A stretch of 64,000 bases of DNA, from positions 210-64,209 of the forward strand of contig JAQXEE010000002.1 in the NCBI GenBank assembly GCA_029251005.1, read 5' to 3'. This DNA is from Flavobacteriales bacterium. GTDB taxonomy: Bacteria; Bacteroidota; Bacteroidia; Flavobacteriales_C; GCA-002722245. Shown here piece by piece: positions 9,723-19,931 of the stretch. Made by a program: the position numbers and the translations under genes. Under the pieces are notes generated by a model. That model was not told the origin of the DNA. It did no database searches and worked only from the letters and a program-made list of their open reading frames with translations. Every line of letters begins with the position of its first letter. Position 1 is the stretch's first letter.

Positions 9723-12176
9723 CTAGAATTTAATCGTAACTCCAGTCAGAACATTTGTTCCAGCTTGAGGGTACAACCAATTTTCACTAATTCTATCCCC
9801 CGAAATGAATCCCCATGTATAACCGTTACTGCTATACATTTCGTTAAATACATTATTAACTAATAAGTTAAACTGTACTTCTTTTAAATTCATAAATGAA
9901 GTATTGTAACTAACGACAACATCACTTACTGTATAAGATGCTAAATCTCTGTCATCACTTTGGGTATTATCCAAATATTGCTTCCCTACAAACTTTGTTT
10001 GCAAGCCTAATTCTAATCCTTTTACAGGTTTAAAAGAAAGTAAACTTCCAGCAATTACAGAAGGAGAAAATGATATATCAGAATTTTTATTACTGTTAAC
10101 CTGCAATTGACCGTTCCAATCGGTTGTATAATCAGTAATATATTCTTTAAAATTCGCAATTTTATTTTGCGATAACGTTGTGTTAACTGTCCATTCTAAT
10201 TTTCTTGTTATTCTACAAGCTGCAACCAACTCAACACCAGCTCGATAACTACTAACAACGTTATCTCTAACTCCTGAGCCTACATCATTTAAAGCTCCTG
10301 TCAACACCAATTGATTTTGATAATCCATGTAGTAAAAAGTAGCCTGTCCTAAGAATTTATTAAAACGAGTTTCAACACCCAATTCATAATCATATAATGT
10401 CTCATGATTAGGTTGTGCATTTTGAGGATTGTCTATAAAGTCATTTCTAACAGGTTCTCTGTTTGCTACACTGAAAGAAGCAAATCCAGAAATCTTATTG
10501 TTCAATTGATAATTCAAACCAAACTTCGGGTTAAAAAAAGTAAAGCCTGTATCTACATCTAAAGACTGTTGATTAGCGTCAATTCCTGTATTAGAATAGT
10601 TGATACTTCTTACTTGTAAATCAATGAAACCATTCATCTTTTTATTGATTGAAAGCTCCGACTTAAAGTAAGTATTAAAATCTGTTTTCTTTCCTTGATT
10701 ATCATAGTAACGATCTCTTATACTAGAATTACTAGCATATTCCGCCCAAACTATTTCTCCAAAGTGATCACCAACATATTCGTTGTAACCACCACCTAAA
10801 ATAAACTGAGCCTTTTTAGTTTTGTATTTAACGCTGTAAACACCTCCATAGAAATGATTATCTAGCCATCTTCTTCTAATAAAATCAGATTTAGTTATCG
10901 TATCATTTCCTGTAAATAAAGTATCTAAGTTATAATCCGTTAAATCATCTTGTGAACGAAACTGCTCGTAATATCCTCTACCATAAGTGTAATGTAAAGA
11001 TGCATTTGCACTCAATTTATTGTTAAACTGATGTGTTAAATGTAATTGGTAATGATCTTGGTTATAATTATCAACTTCATTATCGTACGTATAATAATTA
11101 TAATCTCTACCCGAATTTACAAGGTTTGCCGAATCTGAAGGTCCCCACCAGTTATTCGCAATAGATGCTAAAACACCTTCATCATCACCATTTAATTTTG
11201 CTTCTGGAGTTCCCCACCAAGCTTGATAAGTTTTTTCCTTCCCTGCAAAAGTAATTGCTTTAATAACTGTTTTTTCACCATAATAACCTCCTTGCAAGAA
11301 GTAAGAAGATAAATCAGCAGAAGCTCTATCCAAGAAACCATCAGAAGTAACAGAAGATAATCTACCGTCTACAGCCCAATATTTATTGATTAATCCAGTT
11401 CCCATCTTAATCGTGTTTTTATTCGTGTTAAACGAACCATACGATGAAGAAACTTGAGCATAAGCTGAATCTGAAACTAAATCAGTTTGTAAGTTTACAG
11501 ACGCTCCAAAAGCAGCAGCTCCGTTTGTTGAAGTACCTACTCCTCTTTGAATCTGAATATTATTCGTAGACGATGCAAAATCAGGCATGTTCACCCAAAA
11601 AGTACCATGTGATTCTGCATCATTTATTGGAATTCCGTTTACGGTAACATTAATCCTAGATGCATCAGAACCTCTAATTCGAAAGCCAGTATAACCAACT
11701 CCTGCACCAGCGTCGGAAGTAGTTACGATAGAGGGTGTCAATTTAATTAAAGAAGCTAAATCTTGGCCTAAATTAATTTTCTCATAATCTTCCTTACTTA
11801 CATTCACATGAGCAACAGGTCCATTTCCTTTTACTCTTGTAGCTTGAATAGAAACTTCATCCAAGGCTTGTGGAGAAACAGAAAGCGAAAAGTTAGAGAC
11901 GACGTCAGAACCTGCAACAATTATGGTTTTGACTAACTTTTCTTTACCTAGAATTTCAGCTGAAACTTCGTACGAGCCATTCGGAAGATTCGTTAATTTA
12001 AAAGCACCATCAGGATCCGAATAGGTTGCCTGATATGTATTTTCGATTTTCACCAATGCACCGAAAACGGTTTGGTTAAGCGTATCCTTCACTACTCCAG
12101 AAATAGAGTATTGGGCTAACATCGAATAAGATGTTAGGATACACAGCGCCGTTAAAAACAAGTTACTTTTTTTCAT
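9723..12176 (-). CDS. TonB-dependent receptor, probable thiamine uptake
   Basis: Signal peptide, carboxypeptidase-regulatory-like domain, plug (RIRGSDASRINVTVNGIPIND, IQRGVGTSTNG), C-terminal LLVNNVFN...GVTIKF; directly downstream of a TPP riboswitch. Confidence 0.9.
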   Translation of the reverse strand: MKKSNLFLTALCILTSYSMLAQYSISGVVKDTLNQTVFGALVKIENTYQATYSDPDGAFKLTNLPNGSYEVSAEILGKEKLVKTIIVAGSDVVSNFSLSVSPQALDEVSIQATRVKGNGPVAHVNVSKEDYEKINLGQDLASLIKLTPSIVTTSDAGAGVGYTGFRIRGSDASRINVTVNGIPINDAESHGTFWVNMPDFASSTNNIQIQRGVGTSTNGAAAFGASVNLQTDLVSDSAYAQVSSSYGSFNTNKNTIKMGTGLINKYWAVDGRLSSVTSDGFLDRASADLSSYFLQGGYYGEKTVIKAITFAGKEKTYQAWWGTPEAKLNGDDEGVLASIANNWWGPSDSANLVNSGRDYNYYTYDNEVDNYNQDHYQLHLTHQFNNKLSANASLHYTYGRGYYEQFRSQDDLTDYNLDTLFTGNDTITKSDFIRRRWLDNHFYGGVYSVKYKTKKAQFILGGGYNEYVGDHFGEIVWAEYASNSSIRDRYYDNQGKKTDFNTYFKSELSINKKMNGFIDLQVRSINYSNTGIDANQQSLDVDTGFTFFNPKFGLNYQLNNKISGFASFSVANREPVRNDFIDNPQNAQPNHETLYDYELGVETRFNKFLGQATFYYMDYQNQLVLTGALNDVGSGVRDNVVSSYRAGVELVAACRITRKLEWTVNTTLSQNKIANFKEYITDYTTDWNGQLQVNSNKNSDISFSPSVIAGSLLSFKPVKGLELGLQTKFVGKQYLDNTQSDDRDLASYTVSDVVVSYNTSFMNLKEVQFNLLVNNVFNEMYSSNGYTWGFISGDRISENWLYPQAGTNVLTGVTIKF

Positions 12177-12247
12177 AGTAAATTAATTTAATGACGAATG
12201 TAGAGGAGTAATACAAACGTTTTGTATTAAACTTTATGGTTAATTAT

Positions 12248-12345
12248 GTCGCTCCCTACGCCAGCATTATCTGGATCAGGTTTATTTCCCAAATGGGAAA
12301 AACGGGTATAATCTCAGCCTGTAATATTAAGGCACCCCTCGTTGA
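12248..12345 (-). ncRNA. TPP (thiamine pyrophosphate) riboswitch
   Basis: Minus strand GGGGUGC...GGCUGAGAUUAUACCCG...ACCUGAUCCAGAUAAUGCUGGCGUAGGGA, containing all hallmark TPP aptamer segments. Confidence 0.95.
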
Positions 12346-12351
12346 GTGGCG

Positions 12352-12359
12352 CAAAGATA
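12352..12359 (-). promoter_or_regulatory. -7 element driving the riboswitch/receptor transcript
   Basis: TATCTTTG immediately 5' of the aptamer. Confidence 0.7.
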
Positions 12360-12391
12360 GTACTAAATAATTCGAAGAAAAAAATAAAAGC

Positions 12392-12904
12392 TTACATTTT
12401 TTGAATTTCGGCGATTGCCTTTTTAAGCCTAGACTCCCTATCTCCCTGTATTACACAGACTTTTTCATTATTACTTATTAAAAGTTCTTTATATCGATCA
12501 AACAATCTAACTCGATCTTTCGGATCAGAATGTTCTCTAAATTCATCATATTCCCATGGCAAATCAGTATCGCACAAAAGGTATAAATCACAGGTTGACT
12601 CTTTTATATTAGTTTCAACAAACGGAATCTCTTTTTGATATACCTCTTCAATCCAAACCTTGTAAACGTAAAGATCTGTATCCAATAATTTTAGGGACTG
12701 ACTAGAATCGAAGAACTCATTCTGAGTCTTAATTTGACCTTTCGCCATCTTAATAACATCATCAAATGTATACTCAGCTCCATTTAACTCTAAATAAGTT
12801 CGAGCATACTCCTTAAGAAAATCTATCTTAAAAAAGCGCGCTAAATCTTCACACAAGGTTGACTTACCAGTTGATTCAGGTCCGATTACAACAACTTTTT
12901 TCAT
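12392..12904 (-). CDS. NadR-type P-loop kinase/ATPase (AAA_28)
   Basis: Walker A GPESTGKST, EYARTYL, LLDTDLY, DLPWEYDEFR. Start moved to ATG 12904, which forms an ATGA overlap with the pnuC stop. Confidence 0.85.
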   Translation of the reverse strand: MKKVVVIGPESTGKSTLCEDLARFFKIDFLKEYARTYLELNGAEYTFDDVIKMAKGQIKTQNEFFDSSQSLKLLDTDLYVYKVWIEEVYQKEIPFVETNIKESTCDLYLLCDTDLPWEYDEFREHSDPKDRVRLFDRYKELLISNNEKVCVIQGDRESRLKKAIAEIQKM

Positions 12905-13470
12905 GATTTCAGGTATTCTTTTTTCCATTCAAAATATGCATAGGCAGCTAACACAGTATAAGCCAACATCAATCCTGCATAAATATTCAAGTCACTATTC
13001 CAGTACATTATTGATGTAAAAGCATCGATTATAATCCAATACAACCAACAGCTTAACCACCTTTTAATGGTAATCCAAGTAGCTAAAAAACTAAACATTG
13101 TAGTGAATGAATCCAGCATTGGCCTCGTTGCATCTTTTAAAATAGAACCTAGTAAAAAATACAATCCAAAACTTAAAACAATACCCAAGCCAATCAGCAA
13201 GGCATGATTTACTAAAGGTACTTTTAACACCTTTCTCTCCCGTTTGGGTTTATTCCATTCCACCCAACCAATTACTCCTGTAACTACATAATAAACAGAT
13301 AAGATGGCTTCAGCATAAAGTTTGGAGTAATGCCAAAAAAGGAAAATACTAACTGCCGAACCTAAAATCCCGAACAACCAGCACCAAATATTTCTTTTAG
13401 CCGCAAGTGCAACATAGGCTACTCCAAAAATAACAGATAAAACTTCAAGAATAAATGGTAGGTCTAGCAT
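12901..13470 (-). CDS. pnuC: PnuC-family vitamin transporter (PnuT-like by context)
   Basis: Multi-TM; NIWCWLFG, GWVEW, LDSFTT, WLYWIIID. Confidence 0.9.
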   Translation of the reverse strand: MLDLPFILEVLSVIFGVAYVALAAKRNIWCWLFGILGSAVSIFLFWHYSKLYAEAILSVYYVVTGVIGWVEWNKPKRERKVLKVPLVNHALLIGLGIVLSFGLYFLLGSILKDATRPMLDSFTTMFSFLATWITIKRWLSCWLYWIIIDAFTSIMYWNSDLNIYAGLMLAYTVLAAYAYFEWKKEYLKS

Positions 13471-13914
13471 TTAAAATGGGAAAATTATAAAAAAACGAAA
13501 TTAATTAGAATTGATAGGATATTCTAACTAATCCAATATTTGTTAGAAATTAAACACTTGTAGCTTTTTCTTGTTTTAGGTGAAAAATATGCTTCACAAT
13601 TGCTTAAAAAACATAACGGATTGTCTTTCTACTATTGAAATTAATCTAATTTTTCACTTTTTTAATCCGCTTTAACGGCGGAAACGGCATTGCACAAATC
13701 AACACTAAATTCCCTCATTATATTAAGCTACAGTTGTAGTAGTAAAATTTAAACCCAAGACTATTACAATAAAGTAAAACCTTTTTCACTTCTTAAGAAA
13801 AAACTTTAAAGACAACGTAAAAACGCTGTAATTCACAACGAACACTTAAGAACATTAACATCTTAAGTAGCTGAAAACGATATGATAAATGTAATTTCAC
13901 ATTTATCCAATTAA

Positions 13915-14928
13915 ATGACGAATCTGGTCAACTGTATACTCGCAATTACACTTTCTCTAACAATATGTTACGGACAAAGAGTAAATGACAAGTACATCAA
14001 AAAATTTCCGTTTGCAGTCACGTTGAAACCATTTATAGGGGCTAAAACCAATGAATTAAAAATAGAGGATAATTTAGGGTCAGGAAAAATAAATTATAGA
14101 GTTGCGACCGCTCCTAGGGTTGGATTAGGTGTCTCATATAAATGGTTCAATATCTCTTCTTCTTTTTTTAGAGTTGGCGAAATAGACAAATCAGAAAAAG
14201 GGTTAACACAAGAATTTGATTTACAATGGAACCTGTACTTAAGATTCATTAATGCTGATGTACGCATACAACGTTACGAAGGGTATTTTTTAAACAACTC
14301 CTCTGATATTTTAAATTGGGAATCTAACAGAGGTTTATTCTACCAACGAAATGATTTGGTAACCGCATCAATTGGAGGAAATATTAGATACAATTTTAAT
14401 TTTCGAAAATACTCCACAAAAGCAATTTTCTCACAAACTGAAAGACAATTAAGAAGTGCAGGATCTCCCGAAATTGGAATTCGGTGGAATTTATTGTTTG
14501 TAGAAAGTGATTCGAGTATTGTACCCAACAACTTAAAAAATAAATTATCAGACTTTAATCTTAACCAAATGGCGTTTTCAGATATTGGAATTGGAGCAGG
14601 TTATAGTTATACTTTTGTTCGTGGTAAATGGTTTTTTAACGCAGGAGCCATGGGTTTTATTCTTGCCCAATCGGTTAGTTTTATTGGAGATGAGATAGCT
14701 CACGAACAAACTGGATTCCAAGTTAACTTCCAAAGCAGAGGAGCTATTGGCTATACAAACGATAATTTTTATTTTGGTTTAAACGTTGTAGCTGACCAAA
14801 TGTATTCGAATTGGCAAAAACAAAAAGATATTTTATATACCTTTTCAAAAACAAAATTAATTTACGCGAAAAGAATTCACACAAGACCTTTAAAAAAAGA
14901 CGAACTTTCCATTTGGGATCAATTTTAA
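13915..14928 (+). CDS. DUF4421-family outer-membrane beta-barrel
   Basis: GLGVSYKWF, YEGYFL, YSTKAIFSQTERQLRSAGS, GAGYSYTFV. Confidence 0.75.
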   Translation: MTNLVNCILAITLSLTICYGQRVNDKYIKKFPFAVTLKPFIGAKTNELKIEDNLGSGKINYRVATAPRVGLGVSYKWFNISSSFFRVGEIDKSEKGLTQEFDLQWNLYLRFINADVRIQRYEGYFLNNSSDILNWESNRGLFYQRNDLVTASIGGNIRYNFNFRKYSTKAIFSQTERQLRSAGSPEIGIRWNLLFVESDSSIVPNNLKNKLSDFNLNQMAFSDIGIGAGYSYTFVRGKWFFNAGAMGFILAQSVSFIGDEIAHEQTGFQVNFQSRGAIGYTNDNFYFGLNVVADQMYSNWQKQKDILYTFSKTKLIYAKRIHTRPLKKDELSIWDQF

Positions 14929-14938
14929 ACCACACATT

Positions 14939-15490
14939 ATGCCGACTAAAAAAGTATCAGAATCACAAACTACCTTAACAGAATTAATGATTCCATCTTA
15001 TGCTAATTTTGGAGGAAAGGTGCATGGTGGACTTATATTATCACTCATGGATAAAGTGGCTTATGTTTGTGCAACAAAGCATGCTGAAAATTATTGTGTT
15101 ACAGCATCGGTGAGTGGGGTTAACTTTTTAGCGCCTGTTGATGTTGGTGATTTAGTATCTTTGAAAGCGAGTGTCAATTATGTTGGAACATCAAGTTTAA
15201 TCGTAGGGATTCGTGTTATCGCTGAAAATTTCAAAGAAAAAACAATCAAACATACCAATTCATCTTATTTCACTTTTGTATCTATAGATGATAATGGTAA
15301 ACCCAAAAAAGTTACAGGATTAGAATTAACTACAGATCAGGAAATCCGACGATTTGCACTGGGTAAATTACGTAAAGAGCAAAAAATTGCAGATTCTAAA
15401 GAATTTGATGAATTGGAAGCAAATATGGATTTAAATTCTATTCACCTATCTTGGACAAATGAAAACTGCATTGTTTCAACAAAAAGATAA
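14939..15490 (+). CDS. Acyl-CoA thioesterase (hotdog fold)
   Basis: ANFGGKVHGG..L..MD, VTASV..VNFL.PV.VGDLV, NYVGTSSL.VG. Confidence 0.93.
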   Translation: MPTKKVSESQTTLTELMIPSYANFGGKVHGGLILSLMDKVAYVCATKHAENYCVTASVSGVNFLAPVDVGDLVSLKASVNYVGTSSLIVGIRVIAENFKEKTIKHTNSSYFTFVSIDDNGKPKKVTGLELTTDQEIRRFALGKLRKEQKIADSKEFDELEANMDLNSIHLSWTNENCIVSTKR

Positions 15491-15735
15491 TGTGCTTTAA
15501 AAGCAGTTAGTCAAGATTTATAAACACGATCACTATTATCGAAACGGCACCAATTCGATTTGAGATTTCAGGAAAGTAATTACATCCCTCCCAAAATCAC
15601 AACTACTTCGTTTGGCTCTAATGTTAGATATAACTACAATACTGAGAACATTTTATAAAAATATAATTATGCTAAAAACTTACAAAGTTCAGCTATTTGT
15701 TTAAGCCTTTAGATAATTGTACACTCAAGTTTAAA

Positions 15736-15900
15736 TTAATCATTCATTAGTTTTTTGAAAAGATAAATTGCCAACCAAATTAAGGCTCCAATAAATAGCA
15801 CGTTGAGAACCCAGCCCAAAATACTTAATACGTATTTAAATAGAAAAACAAGTACGATTATAAATAATACCCAGTACCCAATCTTTTTTATATCTAACAT
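15736..15900 (-). CDS. Small two-TM membrane protein (54 aa), absent from the ORF track
   Basis: Manual translation MLDIKKIGYWVLFIIVLVFLFKYVLSILGWVLNVLFIGALIWLAIYLFKKLMND*; TAAATTTG -7 element 4 nt upstream of the ATG. Confidence 0.7.
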   Translation of the reverse strand: MLDIKKIGYWVLFIIVLVFLFKYVLSILGWVLNVLFIGALIWLAIYLFKKLMND

Positions 15901-15904
15901 GAAT

Positions 15905-15912
15905 CAAATTTA
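15905..15912 (-). promoter_or_regulatory. -7 element of the small membrane protein gene
   Basis: TAAATTTG-attc-ATG on the minus strand. Confidence 0.55.
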
Positions 15913-15961
15913 TAATATTTGAATAACTTAACTTTACTGTTTCTAGTATAATTATTTTAAA

Positions 15962-16684
15962 ATGGCTACAAGAATAAACAAATACCTAAGTGAGGTTGGA
16001 TACTGCTCGAGAAGAGAAGGTGATCGACTAATTCAAGAAGGAAAAGTAACCATTAACGGAAAAGTTCCTGAAATGGGAACTAAAGTTGAAGAAGGTGATA
16101 TTGTGTGTGTTGATGGCATTTCTGTTGAGAAGACAGACGAAAAATTACTTTACCTCGCTTTTAACAAACCGGTTGGAATTGTTTGTACAACTGATACAAG
16201 AGTCGAACCTGATAATATCATAGATTTTATTAATTACCCTACAAGAATTTTCCCGATCGGACGATTAGATAAACCTAGTGAAGGTTTAATTTTCCTAACC
16301 AATGATGGAGACATCGTTAATAAAATATTAAGAGCTCGGAATAATCATGAAAAGGAATATATCGTAACCGTTAACAAACCTATTACAAAAGACTTCGTTA
16401 AGAAAATGAGTAATGGTGTGGAAATACTTGATACGGTTACTAAACCGTGTAAGGTAGAGCAAATTGGAAAAAATAAATTTCGAATTATTCTTACTCAAGG
16501 ATTAAATCGTCAGATTAGAAGAATGTGCGAACATTTGGAATATCGTGTTTGGAGTCTTAAAAGAGTTCGAATCATGAATATTAAATTGGATCTACCAGTT
16601 GGAAAACTAAGAGAATTTACGAAAGAAGAATTCAATGAATTAAGTCGCTTAATAGAGGATTCTAGTAAAACACCTATTGAATAA
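15962..16684 (+). CDS. rluF: RsuA-family pseudouridine synthase, RluF-like
   Basis: S4 domain (RINKYLS..G.CSRREGD), FNKPVGIVCT, catalytic GRLDKPSEGL, TQGLNRQIRRMC. Confidence 0.85.
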   Translation: MATRINKYLSEVGYCSRREGDRLIQEGKVTINGKVPEMGTKVEEGDIVCVDGISVEKTDEKLLYLAFNKPVGIVCTTDTRVEPDNIIDFINYPTRIFPIGRLDKPSEGLIFLTNDGDIVNKILRARNNHEKEYIVTVNKPITKDFVKKMSNGVEILDTVTKPCKVEQIGKNKFRIILTQGLNRQIRRMCEHLEYRVWSLKRVRIMNIKLDLPVGKLREFTKEEFNELSRLIEDSSKTPIE

Positions 16685-16779
16685 TTTAAGGATTCCTCTC
16701 TTGCTGTTACATTTTTTACAAATATTTAGTTAGTATTGAAAATACCTCATCTTAAAAATCTATTTGAAACAGGAACTAA

Positions 16780-17655
16780 CTAATCTAACAGGAACTTCAA
16801 ATCGAAAAATCTAAAAGAAGGATTATGGGTATTAAAGTATCCATAACCACTATTAATATTGGTAGGGTAGTTAATGGGTTCATTTGTGAGTTCTGAAAGA
16901 AAACCTCCTGATCTTTCTCTGCTTTTTAAGAAGCTGTAATACCCCTCGCTAATATTGGATAATGAAACCATTAAACTATCGCTTGTCTTAACATTTTTTA
17001 AAGTAAATACTCTTTTTATTGTATCACTATCAGAATTGCGATCTTCAATCAGTTCTTGGTACTCTAACTTATTCGACCCGTTTTCAAAAAATAAATTTAT
17101 ATCCAGTACTGTTGTGTTTGAATTTCGAGAGTAAACACTTAAAACATAAAAATTCTCTATCTCTTTTGGATCAATAAAACTTATCATTAGGTTAATGGAA
17201 GTATCTTCCTCTTCTTCTAAGTTTAAACTAGGAATTACGGTATCTAAAGGCACATTTTGTAGCATCGTAGAATTTGCTGAGATTGTTTTACCCGTCCCAT
17301 AATCAACAACTTTTAAATTATAAACTCCTCCTGGCATTGCCAATTCTTTTAAACTCACGAATAAGCCAGAGGAAAGTTTAAATAACGTATCCGTTCCATT
17401 CAAAGAACTAATTGTAACTAAAGCTGAATCAATAAGTAAATTTTCAAATGTGGCATTCCCACCCCCACCATTAAACCCAGCAGAAGATAAAATGGTGAAC
17501 GAGCGAGTTAAACCAACTACCATTAAATAATTTGGTATTACCTGAGATGATACAACCACTTGCGGTTCGTATTCATCAAGCTTAACATCCAATGGCTCTG
17601 GTCTACATGACCAAAGAATGATAGCTACACACAATATTTTAAATAATATCTTCAT
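16780..17655 (-). CDS. DUF4249-family lipoprotein
   Basis: Lipobox-like LWSC; ISEGYYSF..., PINYPTNINSGYGYF; coupled to a TBDR, the usual context for this family. Confidence 0.8.
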   Translation of the reverse strand: MKILFKILCVAIILWSCRPEPLDVKLDEYEPQVVVSSQVIPNYLMVVGLTRSFTILSSAGFNGGGGNATFENLLIDSALVTISSLNGTDTLFKLSSGLFVSLKELAMPGGVYNLKVVDYGTGKTISANSTMLQNVPLDTVIPSLNLEEEEDTSINLMISFIDPKEIENFYVLSVYSRNSNTTVLDINLFFENGSNKLEYQELIEDRNSDSDTIKRVFTLKNVKTSDSLMVSLSNISEGYYSFLKSRERSGGFLSELTNEPINYPTNINSGYGYFNTHNPSFRFFDLKFLLD

Positions 17656-19931
17656 TAAAATTCAAAATTATAGGCTACAGATGGTATAAAACCAAACAAC
17701 CCAGGTTGAACATATTTAAAACCACCATTACCGTCTTCTTCCACTTCTATCCTCCATGGTGTTGCTCTATTATAAACGTTATAGGCTCCAAAATGCCATT
17801 CTCCTCTAAACTTTTCCAAGTCTTTACTCTTCCATACAAAATTCACGTCCAAACGATGCGAAGACGACATACTTACGGAGTTTCTTTTGGAATAAACAGG
17901 AATCCAATCAACACCTGTTAATCCTGCATTTGGCATCCCAAACAATCCAGTTTGAGGGGTAAACCTTGCTCCTGATGAGAAAGTCCAAACACCCCCAAAA
18001 CTCCAGGTTTTACTCAATTTTAAATTTTGTACAACTGATAAATTATGTCTGCGGTCATACTTTGAAAAAAAGGGATCACCACCATTTAACTCATCAAAAT
18101 AACGTTTACTCCAACTCAAAGTATAACCAATCCAACCATTCCAATGTCCTAAATCCTTTTTAATCAAAAACTCTAAACCATAACTATCACCATTGCCCTG
18201 CAATAACTCACTTTCAAAATCATCGTTTAACAGTAAATTTGCTCCTTCCTTATATTCAGTAAGATTCTTCATGTATTTATAATAAGTCTCTACCGAAAAT
18301 TGGGTTTTTAATTTTGGATGGAAATAAGAATAACCAGCCGCTGCTTGATGAGAAACTTGAGGCTTTACAGAATTGGTTACCGGATACCATAAATCGGTAG
18401 GTAAAGCAACTGTACTAGAAGAAACCAAATGCATATACTGGCGCATCATGGAATAACTAAATTTCAGATTGCTATTCGAATCTAAATCATATTTGACCGA
18501 CAATCGAGGCTCAATTCCTCCGTAATTTTCATCTTTTACATTTGCGCCTGATAATCTAAAACCTGTCCTGAAATCCCATTTAGAACTATCAGGAGAATAG
18601 ATGTGTTGAAAATAAGCACCTGTTTCCAATGTCCCTAAAAAATCTCCCCTATCGCTAGATACAAATTCCTCAACTTCACCTTGGCTATTAATAATATTGG
18701 GTCTAAACTGATGAAAAACTGCCATTGCACCATATTTCAATTTATGCCTTGAATTTTTAAAAAATTCAAAATCTGCCTTTGTTCCATAATCATTAATAGA
18801 AGAAGAAATAAACAATGAGTTCTCTTCAAACCTACCTGTTATATTGTAATCAAAATTCGTATATATCAAAGAATAATTCACAAATAGTCGTTCGTTAATC
18901 ACTCTGTTCCACCTCGCTGTACCGGTAACATTACCCAGTGTAAAACCGAAATTAAACAATGCATCTTCTTCTAATTCACTTTGATCAAACCGTAATAAAT
19001 CATCACCAACATAAGTGCTGATGTACAAATGATTTTTACTGTTAATCTCATAATTTAACTTAGCATTGATGTCATAAAAATAATAGGGCATTAAACTTCC
19101 AATCCATTTAAAAACCTGATCGATATAAGTTCTTCTCCCTGCAATCATAAATGAACCTTTATCTTTCTTAATAGGACCTTCTAGCATTAAACGGGAACTC
19201 AGCAAACCAACGCCTCCTTTTCCATGAAATTCGGTCACGTTTCCTTCATTCATTCTAATATCCAAGATACTAGAAAGTCTACCTCCATATTTAGAAGGAA
19301 ATGCTCCTTTATATAGCGTCATATCCTTTATAGCATCTTGATTAAAAACAGAGAAAAAGCCAAATAAATGTCCAATATTATAAACTGGAGCTTCATCCAG
19401 CAACACTAAATTTTGATCTACATCACCACCTCTAACGTACATTCCTGTTCCTCCTTCCCCCCCTTTTTGAACACCAGGCATAAGTTGTATAACTTTTATA
19501 ACATCGGTTTCGCCTCCAATTGAGGGTATATTCCGGATATCCTTTACTGGAATTTGAATTGCACTCATCTGGGTACTTTTGTGTAATTCTTCTTGAGGTG
19601 TGCGTTTAACGTTAATTACAACAACGCCTACTTCATTAGATTCTTGCTGTAAATTAAACTCTACATCATTCACATTAGCTTTGTGTATTAACATAACCTT
19701 TGGCTGGTAGCCAAGGTAGTTAATGGTTATTTCCACCGTATCTAAAGGTAATGTGAGCGAAAAATAACCATATTCATTTGTAACCGTTCCTATCCCAGAC
19801 GCCTCATTAAATACCGAAGCAAAAAGCAAACGTTCACCCGAAACAGCATCTTTTACGGTACCATCAACGGTAATTTGACCCATAATTGGTTTAACAAATA
19901 AGATCAGTATGAAAATTAAAAATCTGGTCAA
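17655..19931 (-). CDS. TonB-dependent receptor (DUF4249-associated type)
   Basis: Carboxypeptidase-regulatory-like N-terminus, plug (GETDVIKVIQLMPGV, YVRGGDVDQNLVLLD, KYGGRLSS), terminal PSVAYNFEF; TTG start. Confidence 0.92.
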   Translation of the reverse strand: MTRFLIFILILFVKPIMGQITVDGTVKDAVSGERLLFASVFNEASGIGTVTNEYGYFSLTLPLDTVEITINYLGYQPKVMLIHKANVNDVEFNLQQESNEVGVVVINVKRTPQEELHKSTQMSAIQIPVKDIRNIPSIGGETDVIKVIQLMPGVQKGGEGGTGMYVRGGDVDQNLVLLDEAPVYNIGHLFGFFSVFNQDAIKDMTLYKGAFPSKYGGRLSSILDIRMNEGNVTEFHGKGGVGLLSSRLMLEGPIKKDKGSFMIAGRRTYIDQVFKWIGSLMPYYFYDINAKLNYEINSKNHLYISTYVGDDLLRFDQSELEEDALFNFGFTLGNVTGTARWNRVINERLFVNYSLIYTNFDYNITGRFEENSLFISSSINDYGTKADFEFFKNSRHKLKYGAMAVFHQFRPNIINSQGEVEEFVSSDRGDFLGTLETGAYFQHIYSPDSSKWDFRTGFRLSGANVKDENYGGIEPRLSVKYDLDSNSNLKFSYSMMRQYMHLVSSSTVALPTDLWYPVTNSVKPQVSHQAAAGYSYFHPKLKTQFSVETYYKYMKNLTEYKEGANLLLNDDFESELLQGNGDSYGLEFLIKKDLGHWNGWIGYTLSWSKRYFDELNGGDPFFSKYDRRHNLSVVQNLKLSKTWSFGGVWTFSSGARFTPQTGLFGMPNAGLTGVDWIPVYSKRNSVSMSSSHRLDVNFVWKSKDLEKFRGEWHFGAYNVYNRATPWRIEVEEDGNGGFKYVQPGLFGFIPSVAYNFEF

